This document shows, piece by piece, positions 18,479-26,743 of a stretch of DNA of 64,000 bases. The notes under the pieces were generated by a model. It made no database searches. It was given only the letters and a program-made list of their open reading frames with translations, and was not told the DNA's origin. A program made the translations under genes and the position numbers. Numbering within the stretch: the first letter of the stretch is position 1; every line of letters begins with the position of its first letter. The stretch comes from a virus. Taxonomy: Duplodnaviria; Caudoviricetes. Location of the stretch: IMG/VR virus record IMGVR_UViG_3300037755_000591, positions 17,365 through 81,364 of that record; one strand, 5' to 3'.

Positions 18479-18553
18479 ATAATATGCGACATTTGATATA
18501 GAGTCAAGGAAATAAGGTATTTAATTGACATGTCTATTTAAATAGTGTATTTT
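18479..18553. promoter_or_regulatory. back-to-back sigma70 promoters
   Basis: Leftward TTGACT-17-TATTAT (18507-18479); rightward TTGACA-17-TATTTT (18525-18553) with palindrome CTATTTAAATAG in its spacer. Confidence 0.75.
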
Positions 18554-18592
18554 AATTATACCATTTTAAAAACTGAAAAGAGGTAAATAACA

Positions 18593-19264
18593 ATGCACCC
18601 CGGAATAACTATCGTTTATGAAGGTAAGCGTGGATGTGGGTATCGCGACAAACCGGGACGGCTGTATGTACGTCTCGACGGCGAAGGCCGCGGTTGTGGC
18701 AAGATGCCCATTCCATTCGAGGTATGCCCTTGTTGTGGTGAGGGTATCCGGTATTCTCGTGCGCCACGCTGGATCGAAGAACCCCACAAATTGTGGGATG
18801 ATTTGATTTGCGGCGCTGGTGACAAAAAAACATGCCGAGGCTGTCCGCTGAAAGATGGTTACCACATGCCTCCGGCGTTGCTGATATGGATTGGGGAGAA
18901 GTACTACCCAACGGCTGCCGACTTCAAGAAAGAAGCGGAAGTCATGGGTATATCCCGTGCCATCAAAAGCATCCCCCGCGATTTTGTAGTAGGGCAGACA
19001 TGGGTACTACTGGCTCACAAGAAAGCTATCCAGCTTACCAACATTTTTGACGATGACCGCCCCGAACGATATTGGCAGGAGGGTATCTTTCGAGTGTTCC
19101 AGCCTGACCGGATAGAAGTAATTGTGTCGGGCGAGGAACCTGATGAAGTCATTGACGACTATCTGAAACGTGGCTTAACGCCAGTTCTGGTCAAGCGAAT
19201 CGAAGCGAAGTACAAGACTGAAGTTGTTGATGAAGACCCGCCAGAACAACAAGCTCTTTTCTAA
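18593..19264 (+). CDS. Cys-rich conserved phage hypothetical protein
   Basis: RGCGYR, CGK, CPCC, CRGC; GAGG RBS. Confidence 0.75.
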   Translation: MHPGITIVYEGKRGCGYRDKPGRLYVRLDGEGRGCGKMPIPFEVCPCCGEGIRYSRAPRWIEEPHKLWDDLICGAGDKKTCRGCPLKDGYHMPPALLIWIGEKYYPTAADFKKEAEVMGISRAIKSIPRDFVVGQTWVLLAHKKAIQLTNIFDDDRPERYWQEGIFRVFQPDRIEVIVSGEEPDEVIDDYLKRGLTPVLVKRIEAKYKTEVVDEDPPEQQALF

Positions 19265-19268
19265 ATGC

Positions 19269-19297
19269 TTGCATTGCGTGTTAGTAAGCCATATAAT
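19269..19297 (+). promoter_or_regulatory. near-consensus sigma70 promoter reading into a non-coding region
   Basis: TTGCAT-17 bp-TATAAT. Confidence 0.8.
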
Positions 19298-19303
19298 CTA
19301 GTT

Positions 19304-19805
19304 ATCTCTTTTGTCGGCGCAGTCCCAAGAATAAAGCGCTGCCGCAAACAATAGCGGATGCACACAAGTTTAAGAGATCGTTCGTCGTTACTGCCATAGA
19401 AGCGAAGAAGGCTGTGTTACCGTTTTCGGCATACCTACCTAATAACCAATATGCACGAAAGGCCGGATGGTTATAAGGCGCGGGAAACATGGTTGGAGTG
19501 GAGGCTCAATACATCCACTATGGGGGATGTAGTATCGGCGACGTTAAAGGGACATACATATTATATAACTCTACCCATAGCTTTGAGTGCAGAAGTAGTC
19601 TGCCTGCCCCTCGGTCGGGGCGTATAAATAGAACCGCCTGCTTTCCCGACAGGACTCGCCACGTTCTGTGAGTTGCGACGCAAGGCGCGGCGCAATTTCC
19701 GAGCAGGAAGAATGTAGCGCAACAGGAGTCGCTACGGGATCAAAAATGAGACGGGTTGATATGGGTAGCGGCGGGCCGGGTTGTCCAATGGCAACGGACT
19801 AACGT
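19304..19805 (+). ncRNA. large multi-domain structured RNA, family unassigned
   Basis: Own promoter, no credible ORF, about ten nested helices including a 9-bp long-range pair 19571-19579/19760-19768. Confidence 0.7.
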
Positions 19806-19818
19806 TCAAAAAAATCCC

Positions 19819-19847
19819 TTGATGACTACCACATATTATCCTAAAGT
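19819..19847 (+). promoter_or_regulatory. sigma70-type promoter downstream of the large RNA
   Basis: TTGATG-17 bp-TAAAGT with an A7 tract upstream. Confidence 0.5.
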
Positions 19848-20085
19848 GCGAAAGACATACCGAACTATAACTAATAGAAGCGTAAAAATTAGAAAATATG
19901 TGCTAAAATCTAACCAGCGTAGGTTAAGCGTATAGCACTGAATTGTTAAAGAAAATGGAAGTGTGTAGGATAATAAATAACGTGGGGATGAAAACGGGAT
20001 GTGAAAGAAGACGGCTACAACTTTAGCAGGGGAGCCGTCTTCACACAAAGTCAGCCGGAAGCTGAGCTTCGGAGATAATTCTATC

Positions 20086-20259
20086 ATGGAAAAGCAATAT
20101 CTAAAATCGAATAAAGAAAAGCAAATTTTGAAAATCCAAAAGCGATTCGTTAAACATTTATTTGGAAAGTACGGGGTTCCAGCATTTGCTGACACCCAAT
20201 TTGCACAGATCACCAACCCGAATACTGTCAACAAATTTGAGGTGGCATATGGATGCTGA
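20086..20259 (+). CDS. small basic protein (57 aa, below ORF-track cutoff)
   Basis: GGAG RBS; MEKQYLKSNKEKQILKIQKRF...; overlaps the start of the ERF gene. Confidence 0.55.
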   Translation: MEKQYLKSNKEKQILKIQKRFVKHLFGKYGVPAFADTQFAQITNPNTVNKFEVAYGC

Positions 20260-21640
20260 ATTAACTGTTATCGAAAACACCGAGATTGCTCAGGTTGAAA
20301 TCGAGGAACGCTGGTTAGCCATTGAGCAAAAGCGCATCGAGCAAATGCGCGGGGGTGTAGAGAATACCCGCGAGGGGTTGGCCGCGCTTTATCAGAAAAA
20401 GTCACAGGCGCTTGGCATGATGAGTACCGTTGCCAAGACTGGGCGGTATTCCAGTTCGGGAAGCGGCAACTATGCCTTTGCAACGAAGGATGAGGTGTTT
20501 GAAGCAGTCAGGCCGATCTTGGCTGAAGTTGGTTTGTCAATCTCAACGACCGTCCTACGCGAGTGGACGGAGGTTGAAGGCAAGACGCGAAAACTGCACA
20601 TGGTATTCGCGTTTGGACTGTGCTGCGGGGACACCGGCGCAATAGAAATCAGCCGGTGGGTTAGGTGGGGTTTCGATAACGACGGCATGGGAGCCAACCG
20701 GATTTACTCTAATGCCCAAAACCAGTGGTTGCAGAAAATATTCGCGATTGACATGGCGGATAGCAGCGATGGACAACAGACCAACCATGCAGCCAATCGC
20801 GATCCGGTTAATCGCGAACAACGTAGCATCACCCCGCCTCGCAACACCGAAAAGAAACGACCTTGGGAGGCAGACCCCGTTACCGATGCTCAGAAGAAAT
20901 TAGCAAACACCATTGGCAACAAACTCTATGGCAATAAGGTTTGGGATGGTGGTAAGCGTGCCGAATTATGCGCGGCAATTACCACACAGACATCACGCGG
21001 CGAGGATATACGAGAAAGTTTAACCCAACTCTCAAAGGCAGAAGCTAAAATCCTCATTGAAGGAATACAAAAGTCTCTCGATGAGAAACCACCTGCTACA
21101 GACCCGCCAGAGGGGTATGTGGTCATGACGGTAGAAGACGTTTACCAGCAAGAATTGTGGACTGACTTTGACCTGATGTATGACGATCAACCGGTTAAGC
21201 GCATCTCGTTTAATCCAAAAGAAGAACTCTATACAATTTGGCTAGACTCGCACGGCGCGGGTTCCAAGCCAGCCGACACTGAGATTTTTGCGTCCCCCAA
21301 GCCGCAGGATGCTCAAGACGAGGAAATTCCGCAGAATACCCCTAATGCGTCGCAGGCAGGGAAAAATCTTGAAAAAGAGCCGTCTGAGGCGGCAGCGCCC
21401 CCTAAATTGACAGTAATTGAGGGCGTGACCAAAATGGTTATCAAGCAAGGGTTTAAAGACATTGTTTCGGTGACACTTTATAACCCTGAAGGCTTTATCA
21501 AAACGGTCTCGCTCGAAACAGTCAAGTTTGATGAAGTGATTGGGGATTTAACAGGCGCTTCTATCGGCAGTGAAGTTGAATTTCCTGAGCCGATCCGTAC
21601 TTTCCTAAACGAGAAGAACCGGTTGGTGCTGATTGAATGA
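20249..21640 (+). CDS. ERF-family single-strand annealing protein with long C-terminal extension
   Basis: Start MDAEL after GAGG; YAFATKDEVFEAVRPILAEVGL ERF motif. Confidence 0.75.
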   Translation: MDAELTVIENTEIAQVEIEERWLAIEQKRIEQMRGGVENTREGLAALYQKKSQALGMMSTVAKTGRYSSSGSGNYAFATKDEVFEAVRPILAEVGLSISTTVLREWTEVEGKTRKLHMVFAFGLCCGDTGAIEISRWVRWGFDNDGMGANRIYSNAQNQWLQKIFAIDMADSSDGQQTNHAANRDPVNREQRSITPPRNTEKKRPWEADPVTDAQKKLANTIGNKLYGNKVWDGGKRAELCAAITTQTSRGEDIRESLTQLSKAEAKILIEGIQKSLDEKPPATDPPEGYVVMTVEDVYQQELWTDFDLMYDDQPVKRISFNPKEELYTIWLDSHGAGSKPADTEIFASPKPQDAQDEEIPQNTPNASQAGKNLEKEPSEAAAPPKLTVIEGVTKMVIKQGFKDIVSVTLYNPEGFIKTVSLETVKFDEVIGDLTGASIGSEVEFPEPIRTFLNEKNRLVLIE

Positions 21641-22224
21641 AACTCGAAGACGCACGACGAATAGGCAATAACCTATTAAATAGGCTTGTTGAGCATTGCG
21701 AGGCAATTCACATCGTTGGTTCGGTGCGCCGCAAAGAACCTGAAGTGAAAGATGTAGAATTGTTAGTGATTCCGCGTCTTGATGGCGATGTCAACTTGTT
21801 TCATGAGGGTGTGGTTGATATGTTGGCCCACGACAATATCACTGAACGATTGAATAAAAACGGCAGGAAAATTGCTTCAGTGCGACTAGGCGCTAAAGAG
21901 ATGGCGCTTAGTTACCAGAACATACCTGTAGACTTGTTTGTAACGGACGAGGATCATTTGGGGTTTCAAAAATGGTTACGGACTGGTCCCGCCGCCGCCA
22001 ATAAATTCATGATGCAAAACCCGCCAGCGGGGTTACGTGTACCGGGTCTGATGTTCTACAAAGGGCAGATGAGCAAAGGTAAACGGGAGTTATTTGCGCG
22101 GGACGAACGACAAATGTTTGAGATATTGCGATTAATGTATTTAATCCCCGAAGCGCGGTCGGTAGAAAACTACCGCATTGCACGAAAGCAATTCGAAGAG
22201 CTTAAAGCCAAACGTTTCGAGTAG
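21637..22224 (+). CDS. minimal DNA polymerase X-family nucleotidyltransferase
   Basis: GSVRRKEPEVKDVE, VDLF, RTGP motifs; no N-terminal lyase domain. Confidence 0.8.
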   Translation: MKLEDARRIGNNLLNRLVEHCEAIHIVGSVRRKEPEVKDVELLVIPRLDGDVNLFHEGVVDMLAHDNITERLNKNGRKIASVRLGAKEMALSYQNIPVDLFVTDEDHLGFQKWLRTGPAAANKFMMQNPPAGLRVPGLMFYKGQMSKGKRELFARDERQMFEILRLMYLIPEARSVENYRIARKQFEELKAKRFE

Positions 22225-22235
22225 GAGGAACCTCT

Positions 22236-22637
22236 ATGTATCGCCATTGTGACAATTTTACTGAACAGATGATCGAGTACGCCAATGCTCAGAACGATGC
22301 ACTCAGCAAGTTGATGAAGAAAGTGCATCCTGTCGGCGAAGTCCGGTTACGGGATGTTATTGAGGTAGTCACATTTGAGGGAGCGCTTCAATTGGGCGTA
22401 ATTGCCAATGCCGGTGGACATTGGTACGAACAGGATGCCCGTGAATTGATTGAAGATGTGATCGAAAAAGAGGGCGGGTGGGGCATGGCCGCCTATCACC
22501 TGAAGTCTCATATTGTCGCTATTCGTGTGATTTGCGAGGGCTACGAACCAAGCATGTCCGACGACGAATTTATTCAGTTATTAGAAAAAAATAATGTGGG
22601 CAGATGGGTTCTACTTAGAAAGGAAGTGGCTTTATGA
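22236..22637 (+). CDS. hypothetical protein
   Basis: 133-aa ORF with AGGAGG RBS. Confidence 0.7.
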   Translation: MYRHCDNFTEQMIEYANAQNDALSKLMKKVHPVGEVRLRDVIEVVTFEGALQLGVIANAGGHWYEQDARELIEDVIEKEGGWGMAAYHLKSHIVAIRVICEGYEPSMSDDEFIQLLEKNNVGRWVLLRKEVAL

Positions 22638-23040
22638 TTACGTTAAAAGAAAACCCTATCAATCAAATTGGTCGATTTATTTCTATTCGATTGTCAGAAG
22701 ATGTACCCTTGGAGGGATTAGTAGGAAAAAGAATTTGGATACAAATCCACTAAGCGAAGAGCGACCTTATGTGGTTTTCAAAAACATCGCCGGCGGCTTG
22801 AGACCGGAAGGAATCATTGATACTATTTTCCGAATTGAGGGGGTTGCAATGAGTCGTGGGCTGGCAGAAGCGATTGCCGACTGTATATTTCTCGCGTTAG
22901 ACTGCATAGATGTGGATATAACCGGCTTTGCGGGTTTCTGTAGGGTAGGGGGACAATATACGCTAATCGACTCGTTAAGCAACGGCGAAATGCCATATCG
23001 TTGTGGGGCAATGTATAGGTTTGAGTTGGAATCATGCTAA
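22634..23040 (+). pseudogene. DUF3168-like tail terminator gene split by a 1-nt frameshift
   Basis: ATGA-coupled start gives MITLKENPINQIGRFISIRLSEDVPLEGLVGKRIW then stops at 22753; the -1 frame continues DTNPLSEERPYVVF to 23040. Confidence 0.6.
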
Positions 23041-23357
23041 ACGAAGTCATACTCCACCACCAAATGCAGGTGCTACAAACAATAATTAAAGCTCTGTTCG
23101 GCACTGGTGGACATATTCACTTTTTTCGCTTTGGGGAAAATCCTTTAAGTGGAACGATTGAATTGATTACGGATATTGCCTTGCCGGACACGATAACGAG
23201 GGAGACTTATTTTCGAAGTGTGAAGCCGGGGTTTGCCATATTACGGGGGTTTGGTATGAACGTGCCGCCACGGCCATACCTGCGGAAGAATGGACTATTT
23301 TATTTCAGAATTAGTTATGGGTATCGTCTACAAGATCAAAAGATACTCTCAGCCTAA
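23034..23357 (+). CDS. possible tail-completion/minor virion protein
   Basis: 107-aa ORF; P..NG..YF.I.Y C-terminal pattern loosely like terminator-fold proteins. Confidence 0.35.
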   Translation: MLNEVILHHQMQVLQTIIKALFGTGGHIHFFRFGENPLSGTIELITDIALPDTITRETYFRSVKPGFAILRGFGMNVPPRPYLRKNGLFYFRISYGYRLQDQKILSA

Positions 23358-23367
23358 AAAAGATACG

Positions 23368-23393
23368 GGGGAGGTGGGATGCCTCCCCTTTTT
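23368..23393 (+). terminator. intrinsic terminator at operon convergence
   Basis: GGGGAGG/CCTCCCC stem plus T5. Confidence 0.8.
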
Positions 23394-23398
23394 GATTC

Positions 23399-23659
23399 CT
23401 AACTTGGTGGCGTGTTGGCTACGCCATCCGTAACTGCATCAACAAAATCGACCACATCCCGCGCCACTTCCGCGCCCTGATGCATCAATTGGACGACTGA
23501 TTGGGGAACGCTTTCAGCGAGTAGTCTTTCTGTTGTATCGCGTATCACGACATCGCGCAATACGGGACGAAAAACCCATGCGGTGAAGCCAACCGAACTC
23601 AATATTGTGAACAGTTGGGCAACCAATAGGAAAATAGTTTGTTGTGTTAGAGGTTCCAT
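23399..23659 (-). CDS. single-TM membrane protein, holin candidate
   Basis: Start MEPLTQ; TM IFLLVAQLFTILSSVGFTAWVF; end of the tail operon. Confidence 0.5.
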   Translation of the reverse strand: MEPLTQQTIFLLVAQLFTILSSVGFTAWVFRPVLRDVVIRDTTERLLAESVPQSVVQLMHQGAEVARDVVDFVDAVTDGVANTPPS

Positions 23660-23690
23660 TTTGGATATTCCTTTATTTGAACTAATGCAA

Positions 23691-24056
23691 TTAACGATCT
23701 GGTAGTTTGGGAATATTGATAGCATTGTCCCATGCTATCATCGTCAACTCTTGAGCCACCTTCATCCAGTGATTGGAGGTAGCCTGATACTTATCACGAT
23801 CTGCACGGAGACGAGTAAAATTCTGCTTATACATGGTTAAGTCTGACCGTACTTTTTCTAGTTCAGTTTCAAACTTGCTTGCCCGATCTTCAGCACGAGT
23901 CAGAAAACCAGCCATAGATGAATCAACCTTGGCCCTTGCGACCCGTTCAGCAGCTTTCGCTCCCCAAAACTTAATCAGGAGCGTAATGCCCTGAACCAAA
24001 ATTCCGCTGGTTAGAATATATACAATGATTGCGCTGAAATCAATTCCGAAACCCAT
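23691..24056 (-). CDS. TM plus coiled-coil protein (lysis-associated candidate)
   Basis: N-terminal TM then heptad-rich segment. Confidence 0.55.
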   Translation of the reverse strand: MGFGIDFSAIIVYILTSGILVQGITLLIKFWGAKAAERVARAKVDSSMAGFLTRAEDRASKFETELEKVRSDLTMYKQNFTRLRADRDKYQATSNHWMKVAQELTMIAWDNAINIPKLPDR

Positions 24057-24768
24057 CTATGACGCTCTCTCGTTGGTTGGTCCATACACTGCGGATGATG
24101 TCTACAGCAATCCACGCAAAAACAGAAAATACCGAGGGGTGTAAGACCTCAGTGATGGTGAGCATGGCTAGTGCATAGATATGGATGATAAGCGCAAACA
24201 CCCATAATCCATATTCATACTTATTCATTTTAAAGGCACGGCTAACCATAATGTTACCAAATACGATCAAGCCCGCGCCATAGTAAAAAGGACTGATACC
24301 TAAGTTCTGAATAAAGTGTAAAGTCTCTATGTCCGAGTAATTGACATATTCAAATCCTAAAAACATAAGTAAGATCCCGGACAGTTGAGCCTGATGTGTT
24401 CTCAGGCAAATAAACAGACTGGACTTACTCGAACAGATTGCCCGTCGAAGTCCTGTCAAATATATAAAGCTAAATAATATAAATCTCTCAGAAGAACAGT
24501 CGCCACCAATCCATAGTATACCAAGAAGTACAGTATGCAACAATAGGGGAGAGGAACCGACAAGGTAATTTTTTAGTTTAACTTCCTTGGCAGACAAAAA
24601 CAGGATCGTTCCACCTGAAATAAATGCACCGGCATAAAATTCCGCTGACAAATTAAATGCATCAGTGAACGTCTGCACAATCATTTCATTAGGGTATTCA
24701 CGGAAGATCAACGCCAAGATAATCATAGCGATTCCGTAAATGTGTCCAGTCCAAATTCTTTCTAGCAT
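24040..24768 (-). CDS. multi-pass membrane protein with internal duplication
   Basis: About 7-8 hydrophobic segments in two similar halves. Confidence 0.65.
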   Translation of the reverse strand: MLERIWTGHIYGIAMIILALIFREYPNEMIVQTFTDAFNLSAEFYAGAFISGGTILFLSAKEVKLKNYLVGSSPLLLHTVLLGILWIGGDCSSERFILFSFIYLTGLRRAICSSKSSLFICLRTHQAQLSGILLMFLGFEYVNYSDIETLHFIQNLGISPFYYGAGLIVFGNIMVSRAFKMNKYEYGLWVFALIIHIYALAMLTITEVLHPSVFSVFAWIAVDIIRSVWTNQRESVIDGFRN

Positions 24769-24851
24769 TACCTATCCTTTAAGAATGCAGACGGCGAGAA
24801 TGGCTAACCCACCGCCTGCTAACAGGAGAAAAAAGCACAAGGCTTACAAAG

Positions 24852-25157
24852 TTAGGGGGTGCGTAGCTGTGCTGCCACATTGCACCAGACAGAATAATCG
24901 CCAGTAACAACCGCAACGTTATTCATGAAGTTGCTGTATTGCTCTAGTGTTGTCATTAATCCCAATGCAGTGTTTTTGTCTAACACCATATCGGGAACAA
25001 GATCGTCCGGTTGGGCGACGGCATTAACATCGTCGGAAATTCCAGCATCAAAGTAGATGGCGCGAAGCTCTTCCGCTTCACCCAATGCCTGTTGAAGATC
25101 ATAGGCTAGCTGACTCAAACGTTCGCCGAACGCGGCTTTGTTATTATCCATTGGCAT
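24852..25157 (-). CDS. hypothetical protein
   Basis: 101-aa ORF in the tail operon. Confidence 0.65.
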   Translation of the reverse strand: MPMDNNKAAFGERLSQLAYDLQQALGEAEELRAIYFDAGISDDVNAVAQPDDLVPDMVLDKNTALGLMTTLEQYSNFMNNVAVVTGDYSVWCNVAAQLRTP

Positions 25158-25162
25158 GATCG

Positions 25163-25462
25163 TTATTCCTCACTTTCTTGTTCACGGTTTAATTCCGCTA
25201 TCTTTTGAACATGTTCGAACTGGGTCCTGAAATTACGTTCATTAGCAATATAAGCATCTCCCTCCGGCCATGGTAGTCCTCCCGATTCATAGCGCCCACC
25301 GTTATCGTAGATGATATGATGTGCCTTGTCTGGAATGTAAATGCGACCAATAGCCTCGTCTGGCAACGAATATGCAGGTGCTAATTGTCGAAAAAAATCA
25401 ACGGGCAGCATTAGCTCATTGATAAAAATGTGTCCATCTGGATGATGTTGAAATCGAACCAT
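25163..25462 (-). CDS. hypothetical tail-associated protein
   Basis: 99-aa ORF after the tail-collar genes; GGAG RBS. Confidence 0.6.
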   Translation of the reverse strand: MVRFQHHPDGHIFINELMLPVDFFRQLAPAYSLPDEAIGRIYIPDKAHHIIYDNGGRYESGGLPWPEGDAYIANERNFRTQFEHVQKIAELNREQESEE

Positions 25463-25471
25463 CTTACACTC

Positions 25472-26089
25472 CTACGCTTTGATGATAAAGTTAGTCGTTT
25501 GATACGGTTGCATATTATTGTGCGGGGTGTCGCTACCGGCTGTCTGTAAGGTTGTTCTAACTATGACATTTTGGGTGAAATCTGCGGCACGCGCCAACCA
25601 AGGAGTTCCCCCGCCGCCAAAAAAGCCAGTAATGGAGTGTGTATGCGCGGGCATCTCAGGGATAGTTACTGCATGTGTTTCTGCGCCGCTACTCTGTCCT
25701 AGATTATCAGCCTGTGTTGCGGTCACTCGATCTGCCGAGCTTCCGCCCATGTTATCTGCGCCGAGCGGGATGCGTCCGCGTAAATCAGGTATATTGAAAG
25801 TTGTTGTCATATCACCTGCGCCATAAATCTCTCCGACTACAAGGAATAGACTATCATAAGTAGCGCGACTCACTTCGCTTCCGTCGCATAATAACCAGCC
25901 AACCGGTACGTCCCCTTCATCACCCCCATAAGGCACGACAATACCTGTTGGTAGTAGACTATCAGCTTGACAAAGCGCATTAACCATGTCTTCCACGCGG
26001 TCTGAAAGAACCCGAATAGCATCGCAGCCCAAATTGCTTGGATCAACATCGAGAAATTCGGCTGAACAATCCATCAGTGTTAATGTCAT
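25472..26089 (-). CDS. tail-collar domain fibre protein (paralogue 3)
   Basis: PTGIVVPYGG...GWLLCDG...FNIPDLRGR...HNNMQPY. Confidence 0.9.
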   Translation of the reverse strand: MTLTLMDCSAEFLDVDPSNLGCDAIRVLSDRVEDMVNALCQADSLLPTGIVVPYGGDEGDVPVGWLLCDGSEVSRATYDSLFLVVGEIYGAGDMTTTFNIPDLRGRIPLGADNMGGSSADRVTATQADNLGQSSGAETHAVTIPEMPAHTHSITGFFGGGGTPWLARAADFTQNVIVRTTLQTAGSDTPHNNMQPYQTTNFIIKA

Positions 26090-26099
26090 AAATCACTCC

Positions 26100-26735
26100 C
26101 TAACTTTTGATAATATAATTCATGGTGAGGTAGGGCTGCATATTATTATGTGCGCCACCTCCCCCTGTCGAAGTTGAGATAAATCCAGAAGCAGGGACTT
26201 GACCGTCTGTAATTCGTAATTGCCAATCCGCACCGCCTGAACCTGAACCGACATAACCGGTTATAGGATGGTTATGCGAAGGCATTTCACCCGATACCAA
26301 TACATGACTTTCTGCACCGCTACCTTGTCCAAGGTTGTCAGCTTCAGCGGCGGTTATTCGGTTTGCCGAACTTCCACCCATGTTATCTGCTCCCAAGGGG
26401 CGACGACCCCTTAAGTCTGGCAAATTAAAGGTGGTTGTAGTATCACCAGCACCGTAGGTGATACCAATTGCCTGAAACAAACTAACATAGGTAGTACGAC
26501 TCACTTCACTTCCATCACATAACAACCAGCCAGTCGGGATTCCGTCATAATCTGGTGGGTCTGCCGCTTCAGGACCGGCATAAGCCACAATCAAGCCCGT
26601 TGGAATTGTGACAGACAGATTACATATAGCGTTTATTAGATCACGAGCGCGATTATATAATATTTCGATAGGCTCACATTTTTCATCTTCGGGATCGCCA
26701 TCTGGCCAGTAGGTTTCACAATCTATCCTTGTCAT
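26100..26735 (-). CDS. tail-collar domain fibre protein (paralogue 2)
   Basis: PTGLIVAYAG...GWLLCDG...FNLPDLRGR...HNNMQPY. Confidence 0.9.
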   Translation of the reverse strand: MTRIDCETYWPDGDPEDEKCEPIEILYNRARDLINAICNLSVTIPTGLIVAYAGPEAADPPDYDGIPTGWLLCDGSEVSRTTYVSLFQAIGITYGAGDTTTTFNLPDLRGRRPLGADNMGGSSANRITAAEADNLGQGSGAESHVLVSGEMPSHNHPITGYVGSGSGGADWQLRITDGQVPASGFISTSTGGGGAHNNMQPYLTMNYIIKS

Positions 26736-26743
26736 ATTTAGCC

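Noticed and set aside
19304-19805. tmRNA, RNase P RNA, group I/II intron or retron identity for the large RNA
   Set aside because: No tRNA-like ends or tag frame, no GAGGAAAGTCC, no domain V or P7 consensus, no interrupted gene, and no reverse transcriptase nearby.
19302-20234. ORF-track calls 19302-19490, 19489-19671 and 19836-20234
   Set aside because: No RBS, composition unlike the real genes, and they conflict with the + strand promoters and RNA structure.
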